Below are positions 53,801 through 61,020 of a stretch of DNA of 64,000 nt, piece by piece. This DNA comes from a virus. The stretch spans positions 32,001 through 96,000 of the IMG/VR virus record IMGVR_UViG_3300009149_000016; one strand, written 5' to 3'. The notes under the pieces were generated by a model. It had not been told where the DNA came from. It saw nothing but the letters and a program-made list of their open reading frames with translations, and made no database searches. The first letter of the stretch is position 1, and every line of letters starts with the position of its first letter. The position numbers and the translations under genes are program-made.

Positions 53801-54730
53801 CTCATCGGGAGCAATGCTGCCATCGATGACCGGGTTGAGTTGGGCGATTGGTGCCGCTAGGTTGGGCCCAGAACCGTCTCCAACGTCAGGATACAGAATC
53901 ACTCGATAGCCAAGCTTGTCGAGGCTCTGGAAGGGTCCTGGGGAGGGGAAGACCCCATCTGAACGGTCAACCGACGAGTCAGCCCCAAAGTGGGGAGGAA
54001 CAACGTTCTGGATCCGGACGGCGTTGATCTGATCGATCGTCGGGCCTGGATCGTTGTGCAGGGGCGTTCCCGGCTGCACCATCATGAACGTCTGCTCTTG
54101 ACCGAGCGGACCGCTTCCCGGAACTGCGAGAAGCTGCGCCACATTGGGGCGAACGATGACGTATGGGTACTCGGCTGTCGGGTCGACGTCGAATTGCGTC
54201 GTGACCGCACCGTTCGGGTTGAAGACCTGACTGCAACCAAGTTGGTCCGGAAGCACTGCGGAGACGCGCCCCACAGCGTATTGGTTCGCCGTGGTACCCG
54301 CCACGATGGGGTACTTGACGAGCACGAGATCGCCCGCAAGGACGAACAACGTGAAGTTGAGCCCCGGGGTCGGGTCCCGCCAGCGATTTGCTAGGTTGGC
54401 GTAACCAATGTTTCCGTCGTACAGGTAATCCGGCCCGAACCACGAAACCGTCTCGGAGGGAACGCCCGCCACATGGGTGGTCGTACTCAGACCATTGCCA
54501 GGATTCGCCGGGGGCGTGATGGTGTAGATGTCATCGAGAGGAAGAGACGGGCCCGTGAAGTACGGTTCCGCATTGACATCGCCCTTTCCCACGACTCCGT
54601 AAGGGGGGGCACCATCGTCTCCGACCGTGAGCGCCTTCCCGTTCGTCCAAAAATCGGCACGACGGAGTTGCTCCAATTCGAGAGATTCGAGGTTAGAGTA
54701 CGTCGAAGTGGGGGTGTAGCTCGCCGCCAT
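47891..54730 (-). CDS. Giant tail fibre/receptor-binding-like protein
   Basis: 2279 aa; tailspike-type start LHLRKGHFY...VPPGVVIEGEG followed by repeated W[ND]G-x2-[FY]-like blades. Confidence 0.7.
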   Translation of the reverse strand: MAASYTPTSTYSNLESLELEQLRRADFWTNGKALTVGDDGAPPYGVVGKGDVNAEPYFTGPSLPLDDIYTITPPANPGNGLSTTTHVAGVPSETVSWFGPDYLYDGNIGYANLANRWRDPTPGLNFTLFVLAGDLVLVKYPIVAGTTANQYAVGRVSAVLPDQLGCSQVFNPNGAVTTQFDVDPTAEYPYVIVRPNVAQLLAVPGSGPLGQEQTFMMVQPGTPLHNDPGPTIDQINAVRIQNVVPPHFGADSSVDRSDGVFPSPGPFQSLDKLGYRVILYPDVGDGSGPNLAAPIAQLNPVIDGSIAPDEQRMTMDFQAGLVRFSVAPATGDDIKPAGASSGTNPLTGRLNLYAVYWAVDQSLTEGGARSLYEVRGTETEPKGPARMYFDVTTNAWHIGADSSLSLLDFYVKSLPQAEESPKATEFGTQVSSGTERRRYFVYRPTEGYWRMLNLDSGIDSARDWEVGVGDKHALSVGDGANPPKSPGADQNPVQSFTSNVRGIRKSDTSLKEQLVKTAEDGFGKLHLRKGHFYTQDTLFVPPGVVIEGEGQSTTLHNISGETVLRFGPNTDWGVYDLSADGPGEPPAPSTMAFADGTAMEGIGIVWNPTRRVWGIVQADATGQAIWFNEMSTDGSMLYSGAGVDLKNSATPLFTSSSFGAGNHTSGHYPRIAYNKFTNEYAVIWVEDGAGSSGIQLKAFELFDPATDPTINVNYTLGAISSSYRDHPSLAYNETDPADADLRVLWWWTSPTFSRLEAFRMVGGAPVGILTHALANKYVVSSTDIGINEDGYAVFVWSERDHALLTGTLGTITDVGGGTRELSDASGVDFANEGVTGGSKFLHLNVTGGGNGNGGTDGVVWALAPLVAAIKPQNTPHEITYAAATNVHWAIVPQSRIQVYYEFGGGTPLPVAGAYENANTAIFNPNPREPDFVRISRGENQWIIAFQAFNTTGFLARDLISNFDDGHNAVFIDVAGAACLDQTAQREHLGVCYVILSTNLAADPMYPRRAAPTTYAATTDYMQQVDRPIELASMSAGASDPLVPRPNAMWMNWALSGGNFIPFGKSDLRGYNLEISARHLLHPWSMARAVSLIPDVAWTGSDWAIVSPTRRTITSPIGTFRDVAGQQYVVDPTFYFGNSGSASDGNYLLPTVEPFSNSLLYVVDPITGPQYIDIIPVSEHVALMLGGAWSLLDGDRMPWTLVSIETRVGNWHLDSGIKNMGIRVDPEGRLIMGASRLTDSHDVELNNVTQDRPDKVQTVSRRWQGGAFPTFSSGGGNGPITFGDREPGENIYDLGTGWDWSYPTTRIAGHLGFRGVCPGAPKGYNERAPFEVPQVAMAWGENFYALVDRNISGSPAHGGTVNETVVYRQSFGPYRSGAESLNIHGLERRTPGHFTLPKHLTVKSKHNVFTRHGFPATPTAGFDTDGYRNCFVYPSMVATPIEDPTFTTDLTWTNMRSLPGSGSSNQNIHLRMMATYTDAKGGNPLEVWGPEPKYDVGTGHFSTYVQDGWTGTDTAPLFVYDPAKSYQEPSSPKVIWDGQRFAAFWTESQRNEDPTFTKGAHTNGGNICMAFFPGDDAVGNIDSKLTTARDSFEVPEIADVVRVSCGNIPRDVFGITAYPHHFDYNQIYVCDAAFSGKSYAVVWVAGMNSLNTDTLRSGSALGIAVFDGAGSSSNYLLATTNTQGQYSNPKILWDGKQFVIVAKLESQPLSPPDPRIYTWVVPELGIGNPTQVRRLAAESSRIAGSFSVLGNVGVDASSITQPDYISFTGIETDRCQPGDILVLTKSKAGAIDSFDHVGWHVVKDYDMPNQRIYLDIYDLSSIAGNDVFGSIISGGLASNRQQLQFGDPFISDITSLPPSGTNYDPTPLDERWLDGDTVNAARVLGFVYNDVDDEYALLYITADRITYLATFKREGFNLNRREAIRQNPVSLALAKNASLGWNGRHYLVVGDLDGSESPWYALYTAQLAFVEAEQIADHFNNSLVANPQKTVIGRVAGTVPGALYGDYAWSGDQTWFVSQRGRMQARLKKSQIKWNDKMGRWIVSASYLWALEGYSNLARGYSFQNWGWNLYTWYNAGGGPSYDWPVTSWVGNTLFGMFITPLFQPGTRIVFRNQATGKVGGVMTILRVGGVVPDPAGEADYYGNITVDVNFADADLTMRNLVQGATPGWFFISTREDVICWTLGYDDAAVKLQDADSCYLDDVEISGKVVDIEETYPVMARPTWRNAGQSVGSPLNITNENGIQHVLNYSRSLLSPDKKVETLRLTNVRSRTATKYGHRR

Positions 54731-54752
54731 TACGTCGTTACCTCAATCGGGG

Positions 54753-56927
54753 TCATGCCACCGACCATTCAATGTCTGCGATTTCCAGGGTTTGGCCGAT
54801 GCCGTTCTTGATCAAGATGACTCGAATGAACAGCAAGAACTCCCCGGATCCGTTGTCTTGTGTGTACTGCGTCGTGTCGAACGTGTACGTGAAGTCGAAC
54901 CCGCTGCCCGTCACTGCCGTGCGGCAGCCGTAGAAGTCGAGGGTTCCCACGCCAGGATCGCCCTTGGGACGTCCAACGTCGAGCCAGCCCGTCTTACCAG
55001 GCACCTTCACCTGAACGATACAACCACCAGCATGACCGGTCTGTTCGTTGCCGTCGAAAGGTGCCGTCGTTTCCAGATTCGTGAAAGTAACGCCCTGAAC
55101 CCGGAGCTTGCCGGTGTTGCGGGGGATTCCTGTGTCGAAAGCCCGGACATACCGACGAAGAACGGCTCCCGAGTCCGAGGCCAAAACCGCAGCGTAGTTC
55201 GGCTGCCCGAGCGGCTTGTAACCGGACGTGTAGTTCTGATTCGGGTAGACAAGATCGTGGCCCACGACCTGAAGGTCAGGCCCGTCCGTCAGGAACACGG
55301 CAGCCGAGTTGAAGTCGTCAGGGTCACCGCTGGGATCGAGAGGCTTCGTCGGGTCATTTCCATTGTAGTTGGAAAGGAAGCGGTACTTCTCATCCGTGAA
55401 CGGTTCGGAGACTGCATCTGAGGATGTCGTCGGACCGCTCTGCGGGTAGCTGTTGAACATGTACTTGGTCAGGTCCAAGTACATTGACGTTGTGAACGGG
55501 GTCGAAAGCTGCATCCGAAGAACACCGCCGCCACCTTTGGGGGTCTCTGCGTTCGGAGCACCGATCGCCAACGTCGTGTTGAGGTACTGAGCGACATCGG
55601 TCAGACCCGGGGGCACGCTCACGTCATAGTTCGTGCCGGGGGGGAGCGACGCATCCTGCAAGCCGAAGTACGGGATCGGGACATCCGCCCCACCAAAGTC
55701 CCGGAAAAGCACTTCCATGGGAGCGAACACCGACTCAAAGCCCACCGGAAGGTCAGGGGGACTGGCAAGCGTTCCGGTCACATAGGAATCGTCGAACAGG
55801 TTGGTCGCCTGCACGTCCACGTTCCATGTGAGAGGGGTCGCGCCGTTGTCGTAATGAGCGACACCCGAGAGCAGGAAGGTCGTCGGGACGCCATTCTCCA
55901 CGCTCGTGAACACGCTGCCAACAGGGCCAAGCGACCAATTGGCGTCCTGGTAAACCCAGTGCCGGTTGACGTTTTCGACGTCTCCATTGTCGAAGTCTGG
56001 GCTCGTATCGAGCGTCGCCGAGAAGCAGTTGGCGTCGACGAAGTTGGCCGGGATCAGAGCGGCTCCCTGAATATCCGCCAGCGCTGTAACGTAAGTCTCA
56101 CGCCAGTGGACCATGACCCACGAACCAGCATCGGCCGGTCCCACGGTGATGGGATCGAACGTGTAGGTCGCCAACTGGTAGGTCGGGAAGTTCAAGGGGA
56201 ACACTGAGTACGGAGCGCCTGGGAATCCCGAGTAGTCAGCGAGGTACGGAAGACGCCACGTGAGTGAGATGATGTCTTCCGGGGTGCTGAGGGACGCCAC
56301 GTAGTCGAGTTGCTGTCCAAGCTGAAGTGCCTGGTCGTAAGCCGCCGATGCGATTCCGGGGGGAGCCGGGTTGGCGCCTAGCCAGAGAGCACCAACGAGC
56401 GTCGAGGCCCCATCGAGGTAGCTGCCCGTCGTCGAATAGTAGAGCGCCACAACGCCCCGGTCGGCCGGGTAGATCATCCCTGTCGCTTGGTAGTCGATGG
56501 TCGTGGACGGCACCAGGTAGTGACTGAACTGAACGTTTGGTCCAGTGTTGGTCCAACCGCCTGTGTTCTTGACGTTGAGGTTTCCCCAATTGGGAATCCC
56601 GCTGTTGGGCACGCCGGTATCAAAACCGAGCTTGTCGGGCTTCGGGGGAATGAGCGCCATCAAAGTGTAGAGTGCATCGAGGACGGATTCCCCCTCGTAA
56701 GGCCCCCCAACTGACGTGAGCATGGGCACGATCGGGTTGGGGTAGTAGGGGTTGACTCCGATGGCCGATGCCATGTGGGCGTCAACCGGGTCGTTGATGT
56801 GCGCCGCCAAAGCAGCACCGCCGCCACCACCAGGGGAGAACGTGAAGGACGAAGCGGTCGCAACCCCGGCTGGGAGCTTCCCCGGACCCGGGTTGACAAC
56901 CAACGCTGGTCTTTTCGTTGAAGGCAT
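54753..56927 (-). CDS. Putative virion structural protein
   Basis: 724 aa; HINDPVDAHMASAI is a motif type seen in tail-fibre N-termini. Confidence 0.7.
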   Translation of the reverse strand: MPSTKRPALVVNPGPGKLPAGVATASSFTFSPGGGGGAALAAHINDPVDAHMASAIGVNPYYPNPIVPMLTSVGGPYEGESVLDALYTLMALIPPKPDKLGFDTGVPNSGIPNWGNLNVKNTGGWTNTGPNVQFSHYLVPSTTIDYQATGMIYPADRGVVALYYSTTGSYLDGASTLVGALWLGANPAPPGIASAAYDQALQLGQQLDYVASLSTPEDIISLTWRLPYLADYSGFPGAPYSVFPLNFPTYQLATYTFDPITVGPADAGSWVMVHWRETYVTALADIQGAALIPANFVDANCFSATLDTSPDFDNGDVENVNRHWVYQDANWSLGPVGSVFTSVENGVPTTFLLSGVAHYDNGATPLTWNVDVQATNLFDDSYVTGTLASPPDLPVGFESVFAPMEVLFRDFGGADVPIPYFGLQDASLPPGTNYDVSVPPGLTDVAQYLNTTLAIGAPNAETPKGGGGVLRMQLSTPFTTSMYLDLTKYMFNSYPQSGPTTSSDAVSEPFTDEKYRFLSNYNGNDPTKPLDPSGDPDDFNSAAVFLTDGPDLQVVGHDLVYPNQNYTSGYKPLGQPNYAAVLASDSGAVLRRYVRAFDTGIPRNTGKLRVQGVTFTNLETTAPFDGNEQTGHAGGCIVQVKVPGKTGWLDVGRPKGDPGVGTLDFYGCRTAVTGSGFDFTYTFDTTQYTQDNGSGEFLLFIRVILIKNGIGQTLEIADIEWSVA

Positions 56928-59497
56928 TATCCGCTCCTGCCGATCAGGTTGCCCTTGAGCCGGTACACACTCGCCGACGAGGTGCTAATGTTCAAGTCCG
57001 TGTCGAAGTAGATGCCGTTGTTGGCATCGAAGCTGGCCCACCGACCGAGCACAACCAAGACAAGCTCACCATCCTTTGCAAAGCCGCCGCTCTGTTTGAC
57101 TTCCGCAATGAACGGAACCATGACCTTGTGACGCTTCGCGTCACTCAAGCCCTGACCGTAAGCGTTCGGAAGGTAGCCACCCACCGGCACGCTCTTGAAG
57201 TAGGTTCGAGCTTCTGCGTCAACGTCGGTACCAACACGGTCGAAAACAACCGTTTGGGGTTCCGGGACGTAGCCGATGTACATCGGGAGCTTGAGCCAGC
57301 CCGTGTCGGCATTGAAGTCCGTCACCGAAGTCTTTGCCCGAGCGTCAAGGTCGTGAGACCCATTGAAGATTCCGCCAAGCCCAGGGTAGACGCCAGGGGA
57401 CTGAACGTAGCCGAAGGGGAATGGGTACGCTTCGTCGATCGAGCCACTTCCCACGGTGAGCGTGTGGACGAACTCTGAGGTGAGCCGGGGGATCACCGTC
57501 ATCTGGGTTCCGAGGTTGACGTTCCGCACGGTCTGGGGCATCCGAGACTCGGAATAGAGCGTCATCTGGGGTGTCCCAAACAAGCTGTTCTGCGGGATCG
57601 GCCGGATCGCCAGGTAGTCGACCGTGATTGTGTCGCCTGGGTTGATGCTCGCCGGGGGAACCGTCACGATGCGCCCCGTGGGATCGAGTGTGAACGGCGT
57701 CAAGATGGCGTTCACCAGCACTTGGATGATGGACGAGGCGCGCTCGATGAGCCAGATTTCTGTCTGACCTGGAACTGTGTCAGCCCCGAAGACAAGCTGC
57801 ACCGGAAGCGTTTCGTACTGAAGGTTCACTTCCCGGTGGGGCCAATCCATCACGAAGTTCGTGAAGGTCGAGAAAAACGTTGGCAGTGCGGGAGACAACG
57901 TCGCCGGGTTGTTGAAGTACAGACTGTTGGTCACGCCATAGTCGAGCGTGGGGGTCTTCGCCAAGCCAGCGCCAGGGGGGTAGCACACGAGAAGATCAAT
58001 GAAGATGTCTTCGTTCGTGATGCCAGGGGGAATCACTCCCACCGTGCCGTTGAGGGTCACGACGGGTTGCGTACCAAGGTTCTCGATCTTGGCAATGTCA
58101 GCGTCGGCGCAAACGGCACCGCCGCCCCCGCCAACGTACCGGGCCCTTAGGGCGTCAACGATGAATGTGGTGCCAGGTACACGGTTTGCCCAGTTCGAAG
58201 TCCCCCAAGGGTAGATCTCGAACGCCGTTGGGTTGATCGCGAAGGTGTCGCCGACCACCCACTGAACAGCGGGACCAAAGACCTGGACCGTGACGACTTC
58301 GTAGGTGGGCCGATCAGAGAAGCGTCGGCGAACCCAGTCGAACTGACCACGGAATTCCGCTCCGGGCGTGTCACCGGTTGTGATGCCATCGCCAGGGAGG
58401 GTACCAATTTCATCGGCGGTCAGGACCGTGTGGCCCCAATAGCCGTTGCCATGCACCGTGGAGTCCCACTCCGAGCACAAGGCGTTGTCGAGCAAGAGGT
58501 TCATGCTCTTGTCGAGAAGTTCTTGCATCGGCCAATCGCCGCTCGCCGCCATGCCGGGACGCAAGTCGACAACGTCGTTTGACTCAACGATGTCGTTGAA
58601 GAAACCATCGGGTCGGTCCGAGGGGCCGGGTCGAGGGACGCCGCCGTTGTGGTTCGTGTTGCGGTCGAAGGCCGTTCGGTTGCGACGGAACACCGCCCAC
58701 ATAGGCACGGCGTACATGTAGCCATCGACCGTGTCCAAGGCGTTCGCCGGCAGTCCATCGCCAGCCCGCCACAAACCCGGGTCATCCGGGGCTTGGGAGA
58801 CGTAGTTGAACGTTGTGACGACGCCATCGGGGGCGGCAGCGCTCGCCGGTACCGTGTGGGCAAAGACCGTGGGGTCGTCAATGCCGTCTGGGTAGGCGAA
58901 CATGTCCACACCCGGGATCACTCGCAAGCGATACTGGATCTGGACCCGCTTGGTTGTCTCGGCGCCCACGTTGGTATCGAACAAGTCATCGGGGAAGTTG
59001 AGGATTGCATCCTGTGCTGGATCAATCTTCACGTTGCCCCGCCACCAAATGCGCCCACCACCGGACTTGCCGTCGATGTCGGGGGCCGGGCTCAAAAGCT
59101 TTCGCCAAACTTCCAACACGACCAGGTCAACCCGGTGGGAGCCAGCGCCGATGGGGCCCGCTCCCAAGTCCAGGTAGTTGAAGCCAGCGCCAAGGGGGTC
59201 AACGCTATTCGAGATGTCGATGAGCCATCCGTTGACACGAGCCCCCATCCCATAGAACTGCCCAATGTTGGGACCAGTTCCAGAAACGAAGAACTGCGCA
59301 TGCTCTGAAGAGTCGAGGTAGTCGGAACCGAAAACGCCCGAACTCAGATTGGGATGCTTGCTAAGCCCTGAGATCCCCTGGAAGAGGTTCAGTTCTTTGT
59401 CGACCACCGGTTTGGCAGCCTGAAAGACAACCGTCTCCCAGTTGCGACCTGAAGGGTCCAACCATCCACTGACTCCGGGTCCAAAATCCTTCGCCAT
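56927..59497 (-). CDS. Virion structural protein (baseplate/tail), paralog of 42880-47214
   Basis: 856 aa; VVFQAAKPVVDKELN, LEVW, ETTKRVQIQYR, DPGLWRAGDG, TVDGYMYAVP. Confidence 0.75.
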   Translation of the reverse strand: MAKDFGPGVSGWLDPSGRNWETVVFQAAKPVVDKELNLFQGISGLSKHPNLSSGVFGSDYLDSSEHAQFFVSGTGPNIGQFYGMGARVNGWLIDISNSVDPLGAGFNYLDLGAGPIGAGSHRVDLVVLEVWRKLLSPAPDIDGKSGGGRIWWRGNVKIDPAQDAILNFPDDLFDTNVGAETTKRVQIQYRLRVIPGVDMFAYPDGIDDPTVFAHTVPASAAAPDGVVTTFNYVSQAPDDPGLWRAGDGLPANALDTVDGYMYAVPMWAVFRRNRTAFDRNTNHNGGVPRPGPSDRPDGFFNDIVESNDVVDLRPGMAASGDWPMQELLDKSMNLLLDNALCSEWDSTVHGNGYWGHTVLTADEIGTLPGDGITTGDTPGAEFRGQFDWVRRRFSDRPTYEVVTVQVFGPAVQWVVGDTFAINPTAFEIYPWGTSNWANRVPGTTFIVDALRARYVGGGGGAVCADADIAKIENLGTQPVVTLNGTVGVIPPGITNEDIFIDLLVCYPPGAGLAKTPTLDYGVTNSLYFNNPATLSPALPTFFSTFTNFVMDWPHREVNLQYETLPVQLVFGADTVPGQTEIWLIERASSIIQVLVNAILTPFTLDPTGRIVTVPPASINPGDTITVDYLAIRPIPQNSLFGTPQMTLYSESRMPQTVRNVNLGTQMTVIPRLTSEFVHTLTVGSGSIDEAYPFPFGYVQSPGVYPGLGGIFNGSHDLDARAKTSVTDFNADTGWLKLPMYIGYVPEPQTVVFDRVGTDVDAEARTYFKSVPVGGYLPNAYGQGLSDAKRHKVMVPFIAEVKQSGGFAKDGELVLVVLGRWASFDANNGIYFDTDLNISTSSASVYRLKGNLIGRSG

Positions 59498-59507
59498 GAT
59501 TAGCCCT

Positions 59508-60146
59508 CTAGGTAGTCAGTCTCCAAACGATGGTCCACGTAGAAGTCGCTGGCTTGTTCACCACAGGAAACGTGAGATAGTTGATCTCTGTCTCGAATGC
59601 GGTGAGATCCACCGTGGGATCGTAAGGGCCGTTGGGAGGTGAAACGGGGTTGCGGACCGACAGGTTGGTCGAGATGTTGCCACCGAGGATGCCCATCTCA
59701 ACGATGGGGCCCACCGCTTCGGCCTCCGAATAGGTGCATGTGTAATCGACGACGTTGGTCGGGTAGGCCACGGGGATGCCGCCGCTGTCGATGAATTCGG
59801 TGTTCGTGAACGTTTTTCGAGTCAGTTCCGAGTACAGGGCACGCTGCGTGTTGGTTGCAGCGGGCGGATTCATCGGATCCCAACCCGAGTCGCCGGTTCC
59901 CACAGCCAGGACGAACGCTCCGAATGGAGGCTCTTGGTTGTCCTTCAGGAGCCGAGCGATGAGGATCGAGGCGTCAAGGACCACGAGGTTCCCGATGCGC
60001 CGCTCATTATGACGTCGACCTGTCCTGGTATCCGTCATGTACCAGAAGATCTCGCCCTTGGGCTTCGGGACCCTGTCTTGAAAGCGGAATTCGAAAAATG
60101 ATGTCACTTCCGACTTCGCTTTTCGTAAAACGTCGTTGAGCCTCAT
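59508..60146 (-). CDS. Tail-collar/fibre-attachment-like protein
   Basis: NLVV...LAVGTGD...LYSELTRK...EAVGPIVEMGI...VNK...W.LT pattern. Confidence 0.7.
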   Translation of the reverse strand: MRLNDVLRKAKSEVTSFFEFRFQDRVPKPKGEIFWYMTDTRTGRRHNERRIGNLVVLDASILIARLLKDNQEPPFGAFVLAVGTGDSGWDPMNPPAATNTQRALYSELTRKTFTNTEFIDSGGIPVAYPTNVVDYTCTYSEAEAVGPIVEMGILGGNISTNLSVRNPVSPPNGPYDPTVDLTAFETEINYLTFPVVNKPATSTWTIVWRLTT

Positions 60147-60198
60147 TTACATCCTCGTGGGTAGCTTCTGCACAATGGGGTTGGGATAAGTAGAACCC

Positions 60199-61011
60199 TC
60201 ACGGCTCCAACAACCGGAACGACGTCGCACCTGGTGGGATGGGCGTCAGGTTGTCGGCCAAGATGAACGGGTGCGCAGACGCCGGATCGAAGATCTCCCA
60301 GTAGGGATTGTTCGTCAAGCTCACCCGGTTCGGATCCCACTGTTCTTGCAGAGTTGACCGGCAATTGGAGGTAGCAGCCCCTCCATACGTATCTTCCCGA
60401 TGATCCTCGATCGTCCACCAAGCTTCCTCAAGCCGGCTCGCTGAGGCGTAACACACTGCGTTATTGAGCGTCGAGGGTGTCCCGCCGTGCGTGAACAATA
60501 CAGGAGGATCGGGAGGAGCAGGAGGACTGTAGACATCGAAAGTTCTCGTGCACGTCGTGACGCTATCGACTTGAATTGCCGAATTCGACACGGGGGTCGA
60601 GAGTGCTGGCGAGAAAAACACCAAACCGTGCGGCGCCCCAAGAATCCCCCCTGAAACCTCTCCTGAAAAATCCCCGATCGGGATGTTCATCTCGCGAGGG
60701 CGTTCAAACCATTGGAAGTTCGAATACAGGGGGTTGAGCGGCTCAATTGCCGCATAGGTGCGCACATTCGGAGAAATGGCGAGCACATAAAGATCAGCAA
60801 ACCGCAACCCGTGTGGGCAATCGAGGACAACACTTTTTGGCGCCGCTGGATTGTCTTCGATCTCGACGGTCGCAACTGTCAGGACCGTTCCAACAGGCTC
60901 TAGGATGAGGTAGTTGAAGGGATTGGTAAGCTCGACATCGGGCCTCATCACCTCGCTGAAGACAAGGCGAACCCGTGTGGGCGAGATGGGAATGGCTTTG
61001 TATGTCGGCAC
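60199..61011 (-). CDS. Ig-like domain structural protein
   Basis: VRLVFSEVM...NYLI...VVL...Y.L pattern. Confidence 0.65.
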   Translation of the reverse strand: MPTYKAIPISPTRVRLVFSEVMRPDVELTNPFNYLILEPVGTVLTVATVEIEDNPAAPKSVVLDCPHGLRFADLYVLAISPNVRTYAAIEPLNPLYSNFQWFERPREMNIPIGDFSGEVSGGILGAPHGLVFFSPALSTPVSNSAIQVDSVTTCTRTFDVYSPPAPPDPPVLFTHGGTPSTLNNAVCYASASRLEEAWWTIEDHREDTYGGAATSNCRSTLQEQWDPNRVSLTNNPYWEIFDPASAHPFILADNLTPIPPGATSFRLLEP

Positions 61012-61020
61012 GGAGAACCC

